A stretch of DNA of 62,391 nucleotides, counting the filler, from Nemertoderma westbladi (Eukaryota > Animalia > Xenacoelomorpha): assembly GCA_032718475.1 (NCBI GenBank). It is 3 parts of 3 records of this genome, joined end to end, with 100 filler letters (N's around TTAATTAATTAA, not from the genome) between each part and the next. Parts side by side here need not be neighbours in the genome. Positions count along the whole stretch, not along the records: positions 52,669 to 62,391 come from JAUCBJ010005544.1; 2 more parts are not named here. One strand, 5' to 3'. Of the stretch, positions 61,561 to 62,391 are shown piece by piece. The notes beneath the pieces are model-generated. The model made no database searches. It was not told the DNA's origin and saw nothing but the letters and a program-made list of their open reading frames with translations. How positions within the stretch are numbered: the first letter of the stretch is position 1; every line of letters starts with the position of its first letter. Both the position numbers and the translations under genes were made by a program.

Positions 61561-61603
61561 ACCACGCTGATGAGACCCAGTAAGGTCGAAACGCGTACGT
61601 GGT
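61561..61603 (+). ncRNA. Type I hammerhead ribozyme (minimal, short palindromic stem III)
   Basis: Stem I ACCACG/CGTGGT, core CTGATGA, stem II GACC-CAGTAA-GGTC, GAAA, CGC, cleavage triplet GTA (61595-61597). Confidence 0.88.
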
Positions 61604-62391
61604 TTGGAGAGATATGAGATATTAATCTCAAGAAAAATTACGCGATTCCTAAATTTGTACACTACCCGGTTAAAAAGTACGCATATGATGGGATTAGTCC
61701 TACAATTGCGCCAATAAAAGATACGTTATTTTCGGTAAAATAAAACTTATCATTCGAGGTTAAGACCCCTAGATCCCTTCCTATAAATGTATAATAACAA
61801 ATACCTCGAAAAACACATCTTGCCAACACATTGTTGTATATTATAGACTTTTAGTTTGGCGCACCGGTACACCTTAATACTGTAACTGTGTTGTTGTAGG
61901 CCTAATGGGGAGAAATAAATATTAATTTGGCGACATAGTAAATGCAACTACAGTAAATTTTAAATTGTTTGTAATACTTTGTTAACTTTAGTGTTTATTT
62001 TCACCTCGGTGCATGGAGGGTTATTTTTAAACGTTCTATCTGTTTTCGTTCCATTTTTCGTCTCTTGTCACGTCACGATCTGATACTATCCTATTCAAAT
62101 CGAATTTAAAATACATCGAATATTCTGGTAAGTCTGCCAGGGTTGTTTCTTCCGTATTTAATCAGGCTCAGACATTTTGGGATTAAAATTTTTTATACAA
62201 TTTGTTATCATATCAATTTATTAAGGTTTTAATATCACATGAGGCGACATAATTATATAAAGATGACCAAATATGGTAATCTCAAAATTCATACGCCAAC
62301 AAATTTAATTTATAATGCTACGAAATTCTACTTGAAAGTCTGGATAGTGACTTCCGTGTTTAAATGGGCTCAGACTTTTAGGGATTAACAT

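Noticed and set aside
61500-61570. Functional tRNA-Gly(TCC) gene
   Set aside because: A/B boxes are present, but acceptor and D stems do not pair and the 3' side runs into a hammerhead; better explained as a SINE head.

Overview
AT-rich, repeat-dense metazoan (invertebrate-type) nuclear DNA. It consists of three contigs joined by artificial 100-nt N/TTAATTAATTAA linkers (21902-22001, 52569-52668), so adjacency across the linkers is not established. Contig 1 holds three internal exons of lysyl-tRNA synthetase (KARS, +). Four minus-strand genes lie between or around those exons: a signal-peptide-bearing double PR/SET protein, a secreted degenerate PEBP, CCDC40 (first exon missed by the ORF track, with an RFX X-box) and a coding-intronless P5B ATPase (ATP13A). 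Contig 2 holds the 3' end of a BEL/Pao element; a 1417-codon reading frame with a DEDDy 3'-5' exonuclease-like domain and Zn knuckles, broken by one in-frame TGA and followed by an LTR-like repeat; three head-to-tail non-autonomous Helitrons carrying ~146-bp repeats that each contain a CTCF-like motif; a selenoprotein M gene absent from the ORF track (CxxU exon, last exon, SECIS); an SLC18B1-like MFS gene; and an RTE-like LINE interrupted by a Mag-like Gypsy element. Contig 3 is mostly transposon debris, plus an orphan exon and a tRNA-derived Pol III head fused to a type I hammerhead ribozyme. Family assignments come from motif recognition by eye; no database searches were run.
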